Positions 37,137 to 46,372 of a DNA stretch of 64,000 nt are shown piece after piece. Position 1 is the first letter of the stretch; each line of letters begins with the position of its first letter. Origin of the DNA: Actinomycetales bacterium (GTDB lineage: Bacteria > Actinomycetota > Actinomycetes > Actinomycetales > Microbacteriaceae); the NCBI GenBank assembly GCA_015654475.1, contig JAATGV010000041.1:26452-90451 (forward strand). The letters run 5' to 3'. Position numbers and translations under genes: made by a program. The notes under the pieces are model-generated. The model saw nothing but the letters and a program-made list of their open reading frames with translations. It made no database searches and had not been told where the DNA came from.

Positions 37137-39383
37137 ATGAAGTCACCTTCACTCAAGAGAGTCGGCCTCGTCTCTCTGACCGGAGCGCTCGCGTTCGCGC
37201 TTGCTGGCGGCGGTATCGCCTTCGCAAACAACGCCGACGACCCTAGCGAAAACGGCGCCGCGCGCAGGATCGATGGATATCAGGGTTCTGCCATTTCGGC
37301 AGAACTCGCCAAGGGCGGAAAAGCGAAGAACGTGATTCTGCTTATCGGAGACGGCATGGGCGACTCCGAGATCACCATAGCCCGCGACTACGCGTATGGC
37401 GCTGCAGGAAGGCTTCCCGGCATCGATGCTCTGCCGATGACCGGCCAATACACGACGTATTCCCTCAAGAAGGGCACCACAACCACCGACTACGTGCCCG
37501 ATTCTGCGGCAACGGGCAGCGCCTGGGCCACCGGAACGAAAACTTACGACAACGCGGTCTCGGTCGACACCTATGGCACACCTCAGACCACACTGCTTGA
37601 ACTCGCCAAAGCCAATGGGCTCAAAACGGGGAACGTCACCACATCGGAGATTCAGGATGCGACGCCGGCCGTGCAAGCGTCACACATTTCTGCGCGCAGT
37701 TGCTACGGCCCCGTGGTGACAAGCACGACCTGTGCCTCTGAGGCACTCGAAAACGGCGGCCTCGGTTCCATTACCGAGCAGTTCATCAATACTCGAGCAG
37801 ATGTCACGTTTGGTGGCGGTGCAGCAACGTTCGCACAGACCGCTAAGGCCGGAGAGTGGTCAGGGCAGACACTTCTTGCCCAGGCACAAGCGCGCGGATA
37901 TCAGGTCGTCAACGACAAGAACGGCCTTGAAGCCGTCACGACCGCAAACCAGACGTCCCCCGTACTCGGGCTCTTTGCCAGCGGCAACCTTCCTGTGCGA
38001 TACGCCACCATTCCGGCGACTGTCGGTGGCGCCGACCTCGCGGCACAATCGTGCACGGCCAACCCGGATCTACCATCCACTCAGCCCACTCTGGCCGACA
38101 TGACTTCCAAGGCCATCGACCTGCTCGACAACGACAACGGCTTCTTCTTGCAGGTGGAGGGAGCAAGCATCGACAAGCAGGACCACTCCGCCAACGCATG
38201 CGGCCAGATCGGCGAAACGCTCGACCTCGATGAGGCCGTCCAGAAAGCACTCGAGTTCGCCAAAGCCGATGGCAACACTCTCGTGATCGTGACCGCGGAC
38301 CACGCACACACGTCGCAGATCGTCGACGCAACGACCCCAGGCTTGAGCGTCAACTTGCTCACCACCGAAGGTTCAAGCCTGAAGATCGCTTACGGCACCG
38401 CCGAATCCGGTGGCTCACAACAGCACACCGGCTCACAACTGCGAGTAGCCGCTTTTGGCCCTCGTTCGGCGAACTTCGTTGGTTTGACTGACCAGACCGA
38501 CACGTTCTTCACCATTCGTGACGCACTTGGGCTCAAATCGATCGGTTCAGCCACCGAGGCGCCCTCGATAGTGACTCAGCCCACCAATACCTCGGTTGCC
38601 GTGAATGGCACAGCCACCTTTGAGGTGACGAGCGACTTGTCGAAGTCGACTTATCAATGGCAGGTGAAGCGGCCAGGTTCGTCGAGTTTCGCCGATATCT
38701 CTGGCGCAACCGCCAGTGTGCTCTCGGTCGCGGATGTTGCTGCAAACCAGTCAGGCTCGGTTTATCGCGTGATCGTGACGAACGCCGTCGGCTCAACCAC
38801 ATCCGCCGAAGCCACCCTCACCGTTTGGATCAGCACAGACGGCAAGCTTGCCGCCTCTTCCTCACCTACCGTGGTCGGTACAGCAAAAGTGGGTTCCAAG
38901 CTCACCGGAACCGCCGGCGTATGGAACCAGGCGGGCGTGAAGACCAGCTTCCAATGGTTGCGCAACGGCAAAGCAATCTCCGGTGCTACCGGACAGAGCT
39001 ACACGGTCAGCGCTGCTGACGCCGGAACAGCTTTGGCACTTCGGGTCACCGCCTCCAAGCAGGGATTTGCTTCAGGTACGGCGCTGTCGGCACAGACCGC
39101 AACAGTTGCGAAGCTCGTTCCAACAATCACGGTCAGTACTCGAGGCAAGACGGCTACCGTCACGGTGAAGGCGGCCGGGGCAGCCAAGAAGATCGGTGGC
39201 ACAGTCGCCGTGTACAACGGCTCGAAGGTGGTTACGCGTGCATCCGCGCTCAACGCACAGGGCCAGTACACGTTCTCGACCAAAAAGTTCGCCAAGGGCA
39301 AGCGCACCGTGCGCGTCGTCTACTCGGGTACTGCCCAGGTGTCGAGTGCATCCAAGGTCGTAAAAGTGAAGATCACCAAGTAA
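37137..39383 (+). CDS. secreted alkaline phosphatase (PhoA family) fused to three C-terminal Ig-like domains
   Basis: Signal peptide, then [14 protein letters not shown] and [14 protein letters not shown] (catalytic Ser region) and ADHAHTSQI. From about residue 490 there are three beta-rich repeats about 90 aa long. AGGAGGA RBS. Confidence 0.85.
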   Translation: MKSPSLKRVGLVSLTGALAFALAGGGIAFANNADDPSENGAARRIDGYQGSAISAELAKGGKAKNVILLIGDGMGDSEITIARDYAYGAAGRLPGIDALPMTGQYTTYSLKKGTTTTDYVPDSAATGSAWATGTKTYDNAVSVDTYGTPQTTLLELAKANGLKTGNVTTSEIQDATPAVQASHISARSCYGPVVTSTTCASEALENGGLGSITEQFINTRADVTFGGGAATFAQTAKAGEWSGQTLLAQAQARGYQVVNDKNGLEAVTTANQTSPVLGLFASGNLPVRYATIPATVGGADLAAQSCTANPDLPSTQPTLADMTSKAIDLLDNDNGFFLQVEGASIDKQDHSANACGQIGETLDLDEAVQKALEFAKADGNTLVIVTADHAHTSQIVDATTPGLSVNLLTTEGSSLKIAYGTAESGGSQQHTGSQLRVAAFGPRSANFVGLTDQTDTFFTIRDALGLKSIGSATEAPSIVTQPTNTSVAVNGTATFEVTSDLSKSTYQWQVKRPGSSSFADISGATASVLSVADVAANQSGSVYRVIVTNAVGSTTSAEATLTVWISTDGKLAASSSPTVVGTAKVGSKLTGTAGVWNQAGVKTSFQWLRNGKAISGATGQSYTVSAADAGTALALRVTASKQGFASGTALSAQTATVAKLVPTITVSTRGKTATVTVKAAGAAKKIGGTVAVYNGSKVVTRASALNAQGQYTFSTKKFAKGKRTVRVVYSGTAQVSSASKVVKVKITK

Positions 39384-39405
39384 GAGAGAGCAGATAGGAA
39401 CCCTA

Positions 39406-39450
39406 CGAGTGATGCCCGGCTCCGCATGTCGCGGGGTCGGGCATCACTCG
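39406..39450 (+). terminator. Stem-loop after the phosphatase gene (13-bp stem CGAGTGATGCCCG / CGGGCATCACTCG)
   Basis: Perfect stem 23 nt after the stop codon. No clear U-tract. Confidence 0.5.
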
Positions 39451-39530
39451 TCGGTCAAGCCTGCGGTGTGCCGACATCTCGGCTCAACCCGCCCACGCGT
39501 GTTCCTCTGAGATGTCTCTGCTAAAAATCT

Positions 39531-40409
39531 CTACTCAGTGCGCGCAAGCAGTGCGGTGTTGAGCCGGTTCGTCAACTCGAAGTCGACAGGGAGCGCCACG
39601 CCGTCAATGGCATTGACCGGTGCCGCCTGACGTACGCTCGAGACCAACCACACCGCATCGGCCTGAGCAAGTTGCTCCACCGTAACGAGACCATACTCGG
39701 CAACGAGCCCCTCTGATTCGAAGAATTCGAAGACGCTTGCCTGAGTGGTGCCAGCGAGAATGCCCTGGTCTGTGCTCGGTGTGAGAATCCGATCGCCGAT
39801 ACGCAACACAACACTCGACGTCGGGCCTTCCAGCACGTATCCATCGGTGGCGGTCAGGATCACGTCCTGTGCGCCCCGCCGGTTCGCCTCGCGCAATACC
39901 GACTTATGGACGGCGTACGAAAGAGTTTTGGCCCCTTGCAACAGCCATGGTGACGTTGCCGCGATATCGTGCCTATAGCCGCGTGAGAGCGTCACGACGG
40001 CAATTCCGGCGGTGCGCTCTTCGGTAAAGTCTTCGGCATCATCCACGTAAGCCCACGCTGTCGGGATGCCGGTTCCTTCGATGCCGCGGGTCATGATGAA
40101 CTTGACGAACCGTTCGTGGGCCGGCTCGTGAGCCGCAACCGCGGCCCGAATCGCCTCTGCCCAGACAGCGGCATCCGGCGTTGGCAAATCCAACAACGCC
40201 GCAGATCGCACGAAACGCGCCAAATGCTGCTCAAGTGCCTGGATATGTCCGTCCACGACGCTGGCGGTCTCGAAGATCCCGTCGCCGCGGGTGACCGAAA
40301 GATCCATGACATTCACGAAAGGCTCAGCGGCATCGGCCTGCCCGAAGGCGGGGCTGGTCGTGTCGCCAACAATCGGCGCATAAATGGCGAAAAGTACTGG
40401 TTTGCTCAC
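39531..40409 (-). CDS. class IV aminotransferase (D-amino-acid transaminase / aminodeoxychorismate lyase type)
   Basis: 292 aa with RGDGIFET, the fold-type IV pattern EGPTSSVV and ILAGTT. GTG start. Confidence 0.8.
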   Translation of the reverse strand: MSKPVLFAIYAPIVGDTTSPAFGQADAAEPFVNVMDLSVTRGDGIFETASVVDGHIQALEQHLARFVRSAALLDLPTPDAAVWAEAIRAAVAAHEPAHERFVKFIMTRGIEGTGIPTAWAYVDDAEDFTEERTAGIAVVTLSRGYRHDIAATSPWLLQGAKTLSYAVHKSVLREANRRGAQDVILTATDGYVLEGPTSSVVLRIGDRILTPSTDQGILAGTTQASVFEFFESEGLVAEYGLVTVEQLAQADAVWLVSSVRQAAPVNAIDGVALPVDFELTNRLNTALLARTE

Positions 40410-40431
40410 GGTGGTCTACCTTAGTGATCGA

Positions 40432-40461
40432 TTGTTACAGATTGGTTGTTGTTACAGATTG
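40432..40461. repeat. 13-bp direct repeat TTGTTACAGATTG twice, in the 42-bp spacer between the enolase gene and the class IV aminotransferase
   Basis: Copies at 40432-40444 and 40449-40461. A related TTGTTACAAACAG lies at 43083-43095. Confidence 0.75.
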
Positions 40462-41585
40462 CGTTCAGACGTTGTGGGAAGCTCATCGAAGTCGACGCGG
40501 TTCTCAGCGATCCACTCCTCATCGACATCGAACCCGAGCCCGGGGGCTGTGGGCACCGCCACCTGTCCCGAGTTGGCGACTACGGGCGGAACGATGATGT
40601 CGCGGGCGTAGTACTTGTCTGACCCCGACACATCCGACGGGAGCGTGAACCCGGGCAGCGACGAGATGGCGACGTTGGCGGCCCGGCCGACGCCGAACTC
40701 GTGCATACCACCGCACCACACGGGGATCCCCTCGCCCGTCGCGATGTCGTGCGCCGTCTTTGCCACCGTGAGCCCCCCCATTCGCGACACCTTGATGTTG
40801 AGCACCCGACCGGCTTTGAGCGCGATCATGGTATGCAGGTCGTCAATGGTGTCTACCGACTCGTCGAGGCAGATAGGCGTGTGGATGCGCGCCTGCAGCC
40901 TCGCTGACGCTACGAAGTTGCGTGGCGCAAACGGTTGCTCGATCATGGTCAAACCGAACTCGTCCAGCTTGGCGAGGTGAGCGATATCGTCTTCGGAATC
41001 GCCATAGGCGCCGTTGGCATCGACGTGGATGTCATGGTCGCCAAACGCCGCCTTGACCGCTCGCACCGGCTCAATGTCCCAGCCTGGCGCGATTTTGAGC
41101 TTGACTCGCGGGTATCCGGCGTCGACCTGCTTCTGCACTTGGGCGAGCAGGTCGTCGATCGTGGGCTCGATCCCGAGGGAGACGCCCGCGTTGACCGAGG
41201 CACGCGTGCCCCCGAGTGCCGACGCGAGCGACACGCCGGTTGCAAGCGCATACAGGCTCCAGGCCGCAGCATCCACCCCCGCCTTCGCAAACTCATGTCC
41301 ACGAATCTTGTGCCACACCGCGGCGAGCTGACTCGGGTGCCCCCACTCTGTGCTCAGCACGATCGGAAGCAGATACTTTCGGGCGACGAGCCAGGTCGTC
41401 TCGGTGGTTTCGGAACAGTAATAGGGGTCGGAGGGCGAGGCGATCTCCCCCCAGCCGACGTTCCCGTCGCTATCTGTCAGCCGGATGATCAGATGCTCAA
41501 GATAGCTCTTGCGGTGCGAGCTGGTCTGGAAGCTATGCACGAGCGGCAGTTTGACGCGTGAAATGGACGCAGCGGTAACCTTCAC
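40452..41585 (-). CDS. enolase-superfamily o-succinylbenzoate synthase / N-succinylamino-acid racemase (NSAR/OSBS subfamily)
   Basis: Catalytic and metal motifs VKLKIAPGWD (KxK), VDANGAY, MIEQP and CLDES. GTGA overlap with the upstream SIS gene. Confidence 0.8.
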   Translation of the reverse strand: MKVTAASISRVKLPLVHSFQTSSHRKSYLEHLIIRLTDSDGNVGWGEIASPSDPYYCSETTETTWLVARKYLLPIVLSTEWGHPSQLAAVWHKIRGHEFAKAGVDAAAWSLYALATGVSLASALGGTRASVNAGVSLGIEPTIDDLLAQVQKQVDAGYPRVKLKIAPGWDIEPVRAVKAAFGDHDIHVDANGAYGDSEDDIAHLAKLDEFGLTMIEQPFAPRNFVASARLQARIHTPICLDESVDTIDDLHTMIALKAGRVLNIKVSRMGGLTVAKTAHDIATGEGIPVWCGGMHEFGVGRAANVAISSLPGFTLPSDVSGSDKYYARDIIVPPVVANSGQVAVPTAPGLGFDVDEEWIAENRVDFDELPTTSERNL

Positions 41586-42241
41586 GAGCGTTCCTCCTGA
41601 TTCGAATGGTAGAGACTGAGCCTTTCGGCAAGCACGCTGCGTGCCTCCATGCGACGGCCGGCGCCCTTGGCGCGTGCAGTGACTAGGGTACTGAGGATAA
41701 GGGATGCGGCGGCTACAGCGGTCGCCGAGTCTGCATACGATTCAGAAGCAGTCGGCACCACGATGAGTGCGTCCGCAACCTCAGCCGCGGGGTGCTCCGG
41801 GGTGTCGGTTATCAGAACTACGCTGCCACCGGCGGCGGCGAACTCGGTAACAACGTCGATGGTGGTCTGCCGATATCTGCGGAACGAGTATGCGATCAGC
41901 ACATCGGTCTCGGTTACCTCGGCAAGGACGTCGAGCGGCCGCACCACCGCGCCATCGATCATGGTCACTTTCGAGACACTTGCCTGCAGGTCAGCGGCAA
42001 GCAGTGTGGCATACCCGAGGGACTTTCCCATGCCAAGCACGAACCGTCTGCGGGCGGCGACGACAACGGTTGCCGCCGCGATGAGTGAGCCGCTCTGGGT
42101 GAGATGGGCGAACGCTTCGGCAAGGTTCGCCTGTTCTTGTTCGATGAGACGCGCCTGCAGCATTTCTGCACTGGACTTGCGCGCGAGTCGCGCCCCGAGC
42201 CGTTGCTCTGGGGAGGTGAGTCCGCGGTTGTCGGCAGGCAT
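41582..42241 (-). CDS. SIS-domain protein (RpiR/MurR-like sugar-phosphate-binding domain, no recognisable N-terminal HTH)
   Basis: 219 aa. An SIS-like pattern (FVLGMGKSLGYA ... VLITD) is present. The ORF cannot extend upstream to include an HTH. Confidence 0.6.
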   Translation of the reverse strand: MPADNRGLTSPEQRLGARLARKSSAEMLQARLIEQEQANLAEAFAHLTQSGSLIAAATVVVAARRRFVLGMGKSLGYATLLAADLQASVSKVTMIDGAVVRPLDVLAEVTETDVLIAYSFRRYRQTTIDVVTEFAAAGGSVVLITDTPEHPAAEVADALIVVPTASESYADSATAVAAASLILSTLVTARAKGAGRRMEARSVLAERLSLYHSNQEERS

Positions 42242-42249
42242 GAGGTGCC

Positions 42250-43014
42250 CTACGCCCGTTCCAGCCGATAAACGGATGTCTCAGAGTCGACCCGAACACA
42301 GCTGCGCAGCTCATAGCCGTCGGCGAACAGCTCGCCGAACGAAGCCACGAAAGCCGCGCGAATCGCAGCAAGCTCAGGTGGGTACTCTTTGACATCCACC
42401 GTGACGTTGCCGGGGATAGGCACCCAGGCCGACTTGCCGTCGCGAAGGATGTGCCCCCACGATTCCTCACTCACCGTCGGGGTGGGCGCTGGGGTGAGAG
42501 ACTCGCGGGCCTCTCGCGGCGCCGCGAGGTTCCATTCGACGACGATGCGGTCGCTGCCAGGGGTTCCGTAGAACTCTGGCTTGAACCACCGGCCGACCGC
42601 GCCAAGGGAATCGAGGTTGAAGTGCCCGTTGCGCGCATAGAACGGGTCGTAGGCCCACCGCATTTTCTCGGTTCCGTGGGAGAGTGCCACATCTCGCTGC
42701 GCAAATTTGAGCATGCGGCCGATGCCTTGGCCTTGGTAGCCTGCCTCGATTACGGCCGCCTGCGAATAGTGGTACACCTCGCCTCCGGTGTATCCCGGAA
42801 AGCCATACGCAAACCCGACCAGTTTTCCACTAGGCGTGCGCACCCCGACGGCCGAACCACCGTTCGCAACGATGCCCCCCATAAGCATGGGATTGATCGC
42901 GTATTCTTCGCCTTGGTAGCCGAACACCCGTCGATAGAGATCAGTTGCCTCGTCGAATTCGGCTCTGCCCTGCAGGTTGACGGTTTCCAATGCGTCACGT
43001 GTTGGTGTTGACAC
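42250..43014 (-). CDS. GNAT-family N-acyltransferase
   Basis: An acyl-CoA binding-like segment QGQGIGRMLK sits in an about 250 aa protein. The start is uncertain: GTG 43014 or TTG 43035. The ORF track start 43110 lies in the AT-rich promoter region. Confidence 0.65.
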   Translation of the reverse strand: MSTPTRDALETVNLQGRAEFDEATDLYRRVFGYQGEEYAINPMLMGGIVANGGSAVGVRTPSGKLVGFAYGFPGYTGGEVYHYSQAAVIEAGYQGQGIGRMLKFAQRDVALSHGTEKMRWAYDPFYARNGHFNLDSLGAVGRWFKPEFYGTPGSDRIVVEWNLAAPREARESLTPAPTPTVSEESWGHILRDGKSAWVPIPGNVTVDVKEYPPELAAIRAAFVASFGELFADGYELRSCVRVDSETSVYRLERA

Positions 43015-43095
43015 GTTCTGTGTGCCTCGTCTCAAGTTGTTTGCGGTTATACGTTGCGTATTTTTGTCATCGTATCCCTCATTTGTTACAAACAG

Positions 43096-43107
43096 TTGAC
43101 ATAGAAT
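43096..43107 (+). promoter_or_regulatory. TTGACA and TAGAAT hexamers in the AT-rich divergent region between the GNAT operon and the M20 gene
   Basis: Sequence match only. The two hexamers are adjacent, so they cannot be the -35/-10 of one promoter. Confidence 0.25.
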
Positions 43108-43188
43108 CACATGTTAGGGAACGTATCCATCCGCTCTTGCGAACGGCTTACCACCGAGGAGTACGAATTGTCCACAAGGAACGCACCC

Positions 43189-44292
43189 ATGGTTGCTCGG
43201 CTAAGAGAGCTGGTGTTCATCGAGTCTCCATCGGGCAATCGTGAGGCGAGCTCCGCGATGGCCGACACACTCGAGCCGACATTGTCCGCCGTCGGCGCAA
43301 GCGTCGAGCGCGTTGTCAGCGACAATGGCACGCATCTCGTGGCGTACATCCCCGGCGAGCTGGCAGGCACTGTCCTTCTGCTCGGCCATTCCGACACAGT
43401 GTGGGATATCGGATCCCTCGACGGCGCCGTTCCGTGGCGGGAGTTCAGCACACCCGGCGGCGAGCCGGCCATTGCAGGTCCAGGCGTTTTCGACATGAAG
43501 TCTGGTCTTGTCATTATCGAGACAGCGCTTGCCAGGCTGCATGCTTCGCGCACCCCCCATCCCAGCATCACGGTGCTCATCACATGTGATGAAGAGATCG
43601 GCTCGCCCACATCCACCGACCTCGTCCGCACCGAGGCGACCAAGGCCGACGCGGTGATCGGATTTGAATCCCCCCATCCCGATGGATCGCTCAAGGTGGG
43701 CAGAAAGGGAAGCACACGCCTGAGACTCGCGGTCACCGGTCGGGAGGCACACGCTGCGCTCGACCCGGACAAGGGCACGAACGCCATCGATGAGCTCGTC
43801 GATCAGTTGGTGCACGCGCGCACTGTCATCGATGACGAGCTGACGCGTCGTCCCGGAAGTGTGTTGTACAACCTCGGTGGAATCGACGGAGGCGGCCGGG
43901 CGAACGTGATCCCAGGGGCGGCCTCGGCCTTGCTCGGGCTGCGATTCACCGATTCTGACACGGAGCGCGAAGTGATTGCGCGACTGAGTGCGCTCAGCGC
44001 GACACGGCCTGGTGCGGCGATGACGACAACGGTTTTGTCACAACGCCCAGTCTGGCAGGCATCTGCGGCCGATATGCGCCTCGCTGCGGCTCTCGGAATT
44101 TCGGCAAGCCCTGCGGCTGGCGCGGCCGACACGAACACCACCGGTGCGCTGGGCATTGCGACGGTGGATGGGATGGGGCCGGCCGGCGGTGGCGCGCATG
44201 CAGCTTCGGAACACCTGCTGGTGTCGTCATTCGCGGACCGCGCAGACAAGCTCAGTGCGTTTTTGAGTTCTCCCGTGCAGCTTCACGCTTGA
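43189..44292 (+). CDS. M20-family metallopeptidase / N-acyl-amino-acid deacylase (CPG2-like)
   Basis: MVARLRELVFIESPSGN, LLLGHSDTV and GPGVFDMKSG. Start set at ATG 43189 behind an AAGGAA RBS; the ORF track starts at 43111. Confidence 0.8.
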   Translation: MVARLRELVFIESPSGNREASSAMADTLEPTLSAVGASVERVVSDNGTHLVAYIPGELAGTVLLLGHSDTVWDIGSLDGAVPWREFSTPGGEPAIAGPGVFDMKSGLVIIETALARLHASRTPHPSITVLITCDEEIGSPTSTDLVRTEATKADAVIGFESPHPDGSLKVGRKGSTRLRLAVTGREAHAALDPDKGTNAIDELVDQLVHARTVIDDELTRRPGSVLYNLGGIDGGGRANVIPGAASALLGLRFTDSDTEREVIARLSALSATRPGAAMTTTVLSQRPVWQASAADMRLAAALGISASPAAGAADTNTTGALGIATVDGMGPAGGGAHAASEHLLVSSFADRADKLSAFLSSPVQLHA

Positions 44293-44343
44293 GCGGGACG
44301 ACTCGCGGCATCGTCGACGATGTGGTGGATGTACCGGATTTGC

Positions 44344-44352
44344 TGGTATAGT
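44344..44352 (+). promoter_or_regulatory. extended -10-like box TGGTATAGT upstream of rpsT
   Basis: Sequence match only, about 86 nt upstream of the rpsT start. Confidence 0.3.
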
Positions 44353-44437
44353 GGCTCTTTGGCTTCTGTGTCCCTGTGATTTGTGTTTCTGGGCGACGCA
44401 GTTCACTGACACCAACCGATACTAGAAGGACTTTTTC

Positions 44438-44698
44438 GTGGCGAATATCAAGTCGCAGATCAAGCGGATCCGCACCAATGAGAAGGCGACCGAGCGCAAT
44501 CGTGCCGTCAAGAGCGAATTGCGCACATACGTGCGTCAGACGCGCGAAGCGATCGCGGCCGGCGACAAGGCAGCCGCTGAGGCTTCGCTCGCTCTCGCTT
44601 CGACCAAGCTCGACAAGGCTGCGAGCAAAGGCGTGATTCACAAGAATCAGGCGGCGAACCGCAAGTCGGCGATCGCCAAGCAGGTCGCAGCGCTCTAG
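44438..44698 (+). CDS. rpsT: 30S ribosomal protein S20
   Basis: [30 protein letters not shown]..., 86 aa, GTG start with an AGAAGGA RBS. Confidence 0.95.
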   Translation: MANIKSQIKRIRTNEKATERNRAVKSELRTYVRQTREAIAAGDKAAAEASLALASTKLDKAASKGVIHKNQAANRKSAIAKQVAAL

Positions 44699-44716
44699 GC
44701 GTTCGCGCAGACATCC

Positions 44717-44750
44717 AAAAAGGGACCCACCATTCGGTGGGTCCCTTTTT
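44717..44750. terminator. rho-independent terminator (15-bp stem AAAAAGGGACCCACC / GGTGGGTCCCTTTTT, loop ATTC)
   Basis: Perfect stem flanked by an A-run and a T-run, 19 nt after the rpsT stop. Potentially bidirectional. Confidence 0.85.
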
Positions 44751-44816
44751 GTGGCGTCTCGGCGGGATGCCACTGTCGCCTTCTCCAGATTCCTCACCCA
44801 GATATCTCACTCTTTC

Positions 44817-44935
44817 TGCAGACGCCCCCATACGGGCACCCGCGCAGTCAAGACACGGTGCCCTCGAAGCCCGAAATACCGGGCAACGAACGTATGTGTA
44901 TTGTCCAGAAGTGATTTGGAGTGGGGGCGTCTGCA
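44817..44935. repeat. 119-bp MITE/REP-like element with termini TGCAGACGCCCCCA / GTGGGGGCGTCTGCA
   Basis: Terminal inverted repeat read directly. TTTC is present immediately outside both ends. Confidence 0.85.
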
Positions 44936-44954
44936 TTTCGTGGCAGGTAAACAA

Positions 44955-45029
44955 TCTGGGACGGGTAGCTGGCGACAGGTCTGGGACGGACAGCTGCTGA
45001 CGGGTCTGGGACGGGTAGCTGGCGACAGG
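44955..45029. repeat. 3 x 25-bp tandem repeat TCTGGGACGGGTAGCTGGCGACAGG (partial fourth copy at 45064)
   Basis: Unit starts at 44955, 44980 and 45005. Copies 1 and 3 are identical. Confidence 0.85.
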
Positions 45030-45324
45030 TGACAGCTCTTTGAGGGTTGGGAGGGGTGATAGGTCTGGGACGGCTAACGGAGATTGGCAGATAGGCGGGG
45101 CGCCTGTGGCGGGTAACGAGTAACAGACATGTGACGGGTGCAGATTCGTGACATGTGATGGGTCACAGATCCGTGACGGGTAGCGAATAGCGGGTGACCT
45201 GAACAATCGACGATAACTGCGGACGGTAGCTGCCCGAGGCGCGTTCTAACAATCCGGATGCCTGCTGACACTTCCCGCGGGAAAAACTTCGGTAGCGGGT
45301 CGCCTTGCCGAAGCAAGCCTGAGA

Positions 45325-46326
45325 CTAGACGTGCAAGATCGACTCGCGTTGCGCGATGCAACGCACCATTCGTTCAACCGCATAGATGGGGTCGCGTTCC
45401 GCGCCTTTGACTGCGGCATCGGTTTCGGCGATCGTCGTCAATGCCTCGAGAATCTGTGCCTGCGACCATCCTTGTGCCTCGGTGCGAGCCTGGTTTATCT
45501 GCCATGGGGCGGCTCCAATGAGTTTGGCGAGTTGGGCACCGCCGCCACGCACTCCCGCAACTTTTGCCATCAACCGCACCTTCATCGCAAATGCGGCGAC
45601 GATCGGCACCGGGCTTGCTCCAGTGGACAGCGCATGCCGCAGCGTCACGAGGGCCTCACCCGTGCGGCCAGCAATCGCGGCGGCGGCAACGGTGAAGGCG
45701 GTGGCCTCAACCCGTGAGCCGAAGTACGTTTCGACGTCGCTTTCGGTCACGTCCTCCGCGACATCGGCGATGAGCTGCTGGCACGCTGACGCGAGTTCAG
45801 GAAGATCTCCGGAGAAGGCGTCGACAAGCTTTCGGAGAGCTTGGGGGTGGATGCGCCTGCCCGCGGCATCGAACTCTGCCAGAACGAAGCCTTGCTTGTC
45901 TTGGTCCCGGGTGATGGCAGAGCACTCGATCTCGACTGCCGTGTCGAGTTTGCGGATCGTATCCAGCAACTTCTTGCCTCGATTGCCGCCGCCGTGACGC
46001 AGCACAACGGTGACATCGTCTGCCGATGAGACGACGTATCTGAGCGCATCCTCGAGAAACTCGTCTGAACAGTGCTCAACCGATGTCACCTCGATATATC
46101 GCGGCTCGCCGAACAAGGATGGGCCAGCGAGGGAGAGCAGAGAGCCGGGCGAATACTCGACTGCGTCGAGAGTGGTGTATTCAAGATCGGGATACAACGC
46201 CCTCGCGTCTCGGCGAAGCGACCGGATCGCGCGCTCGGCGGTGACGCTTTCGCTGCCAGAGACAAGTACGATCGGGGCCGTCCGAGGTCTGTTCCAGGGC
46301 ACCTTGGTCGCCACTGACGCCTCCAT
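45325..46326 (-). CDS. holA: DNA polymerase III subunit delta
   Basis: 333 aa. The N-terminus PIVLVSGSESVTAERAI has the delta-subunit fold pattern. Conserved position next to comEC and rpsT. Confidence 0.85.
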   Translation of the reverse strand: MEASVATKVPWNRPRTAPIVLVSGSESVTAERAIRSLRRDARALYPDLEYTTLDAVEYSPGSLLSLAGPSLFGEPRYIEVTSVEHCSDEFLEDALRYVVSSADDVTVVLRHGGGNRGKKLLDTIRKLDTAVEIECSAITRDQDKQGFVLAEFDAAGRRIHPQALRKLVDAFSGDLPELASACQQLIADVAEDVTESDVETYFGSRVEATAFTVAAAAIAGRTGEALVTLRHALSTGASPVPIVAAFAMKVRLMAKVAGVRGGGAQLAKLIGAAPWQINQARTEAQGWSQAQILEALTTIAETDAAVKGAERDPIYAVERMVRCIAQRESILHV

Positions 46327-46372
46327 TCACTCATTGACGGTACAAGCGTAGCCGCCACCGCCGACATCCGAG

